A stretch of 64,000 nt of DNA from the human T2T-CHM13v2.0 reference genome, Homo sapiens, in the NCBI RefSeq assembly GCF_009914755.1, contig NC_060929.1. One strand, 5' to 3'. A program made the translations under genes and the position numbers. This document shows positions 63,325-64,000 of the stretch, piece after piece (the stretch's first letter is position 1; the number at the start of each line of letters is the position of its first letter). The notes beneath the pieces were generated by a model, which worked only from the letters and a program-made list of their open reading frames with translations, did not search any database and was not told the DNA's origin.

Positions 63325-63744
63325 TGTATCTGTTTCATATTGCCACTGTAACAAATTACCACAAATTTAGTGGCTTAAAACAAGACAAATTTATTATCTT
63401 ACAACTCTTTAGGTCAGAAGTCTGACACAAGTCCCACTTTTCTAAAATCAACATTTCAGCACGGTTGCATTCCTCTCTGGAAGATCTAGGGAAAAAATTT
63501 GTTTTCTCACTTTTTCCATCTTCTAGAAGCTGCCTTAAACCCTAGGCTTATGGCCCTTCAGTTGGTAAGGCCTGCAATGGCTTGTTGAGTCCTTCCTGGA
63601 TTTCATGATTCTGATGCCAATTCTCCTTCTGACATCTGATTCCACTTCTAAGAACCCTTGTGATCATGTTGGGCCCACCTGGATAATCAAGGATATCTGG
63701 AACTCTCCCAATTTCAAAGTCAGTTGATTAGAAATTTTCATTCC
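63325..63744 (-). mobile_element. MLT1D-like MaLR LTR, interrupted by the young L1
   Basis: 'tgtaacaaattaccacaaatttagtggcttaaaacaa...ggtcagaagtctgacac...aagaacccttgtgat...gggcccacctggataatc...gtcagttgattag'. Confidence 0.85.
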
Positions 63745-64000
63745 GGGGGGAGGAGCCAAGATGGCCGAATAGGAACAGCTCCGGTCTACAGCTCCCAGCG
63801 TGAGCGACGCAGAAGACGGGTGATTTCTGCATTTCCATCTGAGGTACCGGGTTTATCTCACTAGGGAGTGCCAGACAGTGGGCGCAGGCCAGTGGGTGCG
63901 CGCACCGTGCGCGAGCCGAAGCAGGGCGAGGCATTGCCTCACTTGAGAAGCGTGAGGGGTCAGGGAGTTCCCTTTCCGAGTCAAAGAAAGGGGTGACGGA
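63745..64000 (+). mobile_element. 5' end of a young LINE-1 (L1PA2/L1HS-type), continuing beyond the window
   Basis: 'ggggggaggagccaagatggccgaataggaacagctccggtctacagctcccagcgtgagcgacgcagaagacgggtg...' is nearly identical to the human L1 5' UTR, with CpGs retained. Confidence 0.97.
63757..63766 (+). promoter_or_regulatory. YY1 site of the L1 internal promoter
   Basis: CAAGATGGCC at about +13 of the L1 5' UTR, the established YY1 element. Confidence 0.85.

Noticed and set aside
63745-64000. CpG island or host gene promoter
   Set aside because: Fully explained by the young L1 5' UTR.

Overview
Primate (most likely human) AT-rich intronic or intergenic DNA, dominated by interspersed repeats. These include Alus, MIR, L2, L3/CR1, L1 of many ages, MaLR/ERVL LTRs and hAT/Tigger/Mariner MITEs. 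The large elements are a near full-length minus-strand L1PB (55780-62259), a 2.8-kb L1MA fragment, a decayed ERVL provirus with gag/pol remnants (35723-39668) and the 5' end of a young L1PA2/L1HS-type element that runs off the window. I recognise no host protein-coding gene, RNA gene or CRISPR array. The supplied ORFs are repeat-derived or chance. I see no evidence of a novel biological system. The best observations are retrotransposition and repair fossils: an L1 insertion with twin-priming inversion and an apparent 3' transduction ending at a MaLR polyA signal, a short second transduction, an L1 and an Alu sharing one target, an odd Alu monomer derivative, templated fold-back insertions and a local duplication of apparently unique DNA. 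A few candidate exons and a motif-dense candidate enhancer are also noted. Subfamily names come from remembered consensus sequences, and boundaries of old repeats are approximate.
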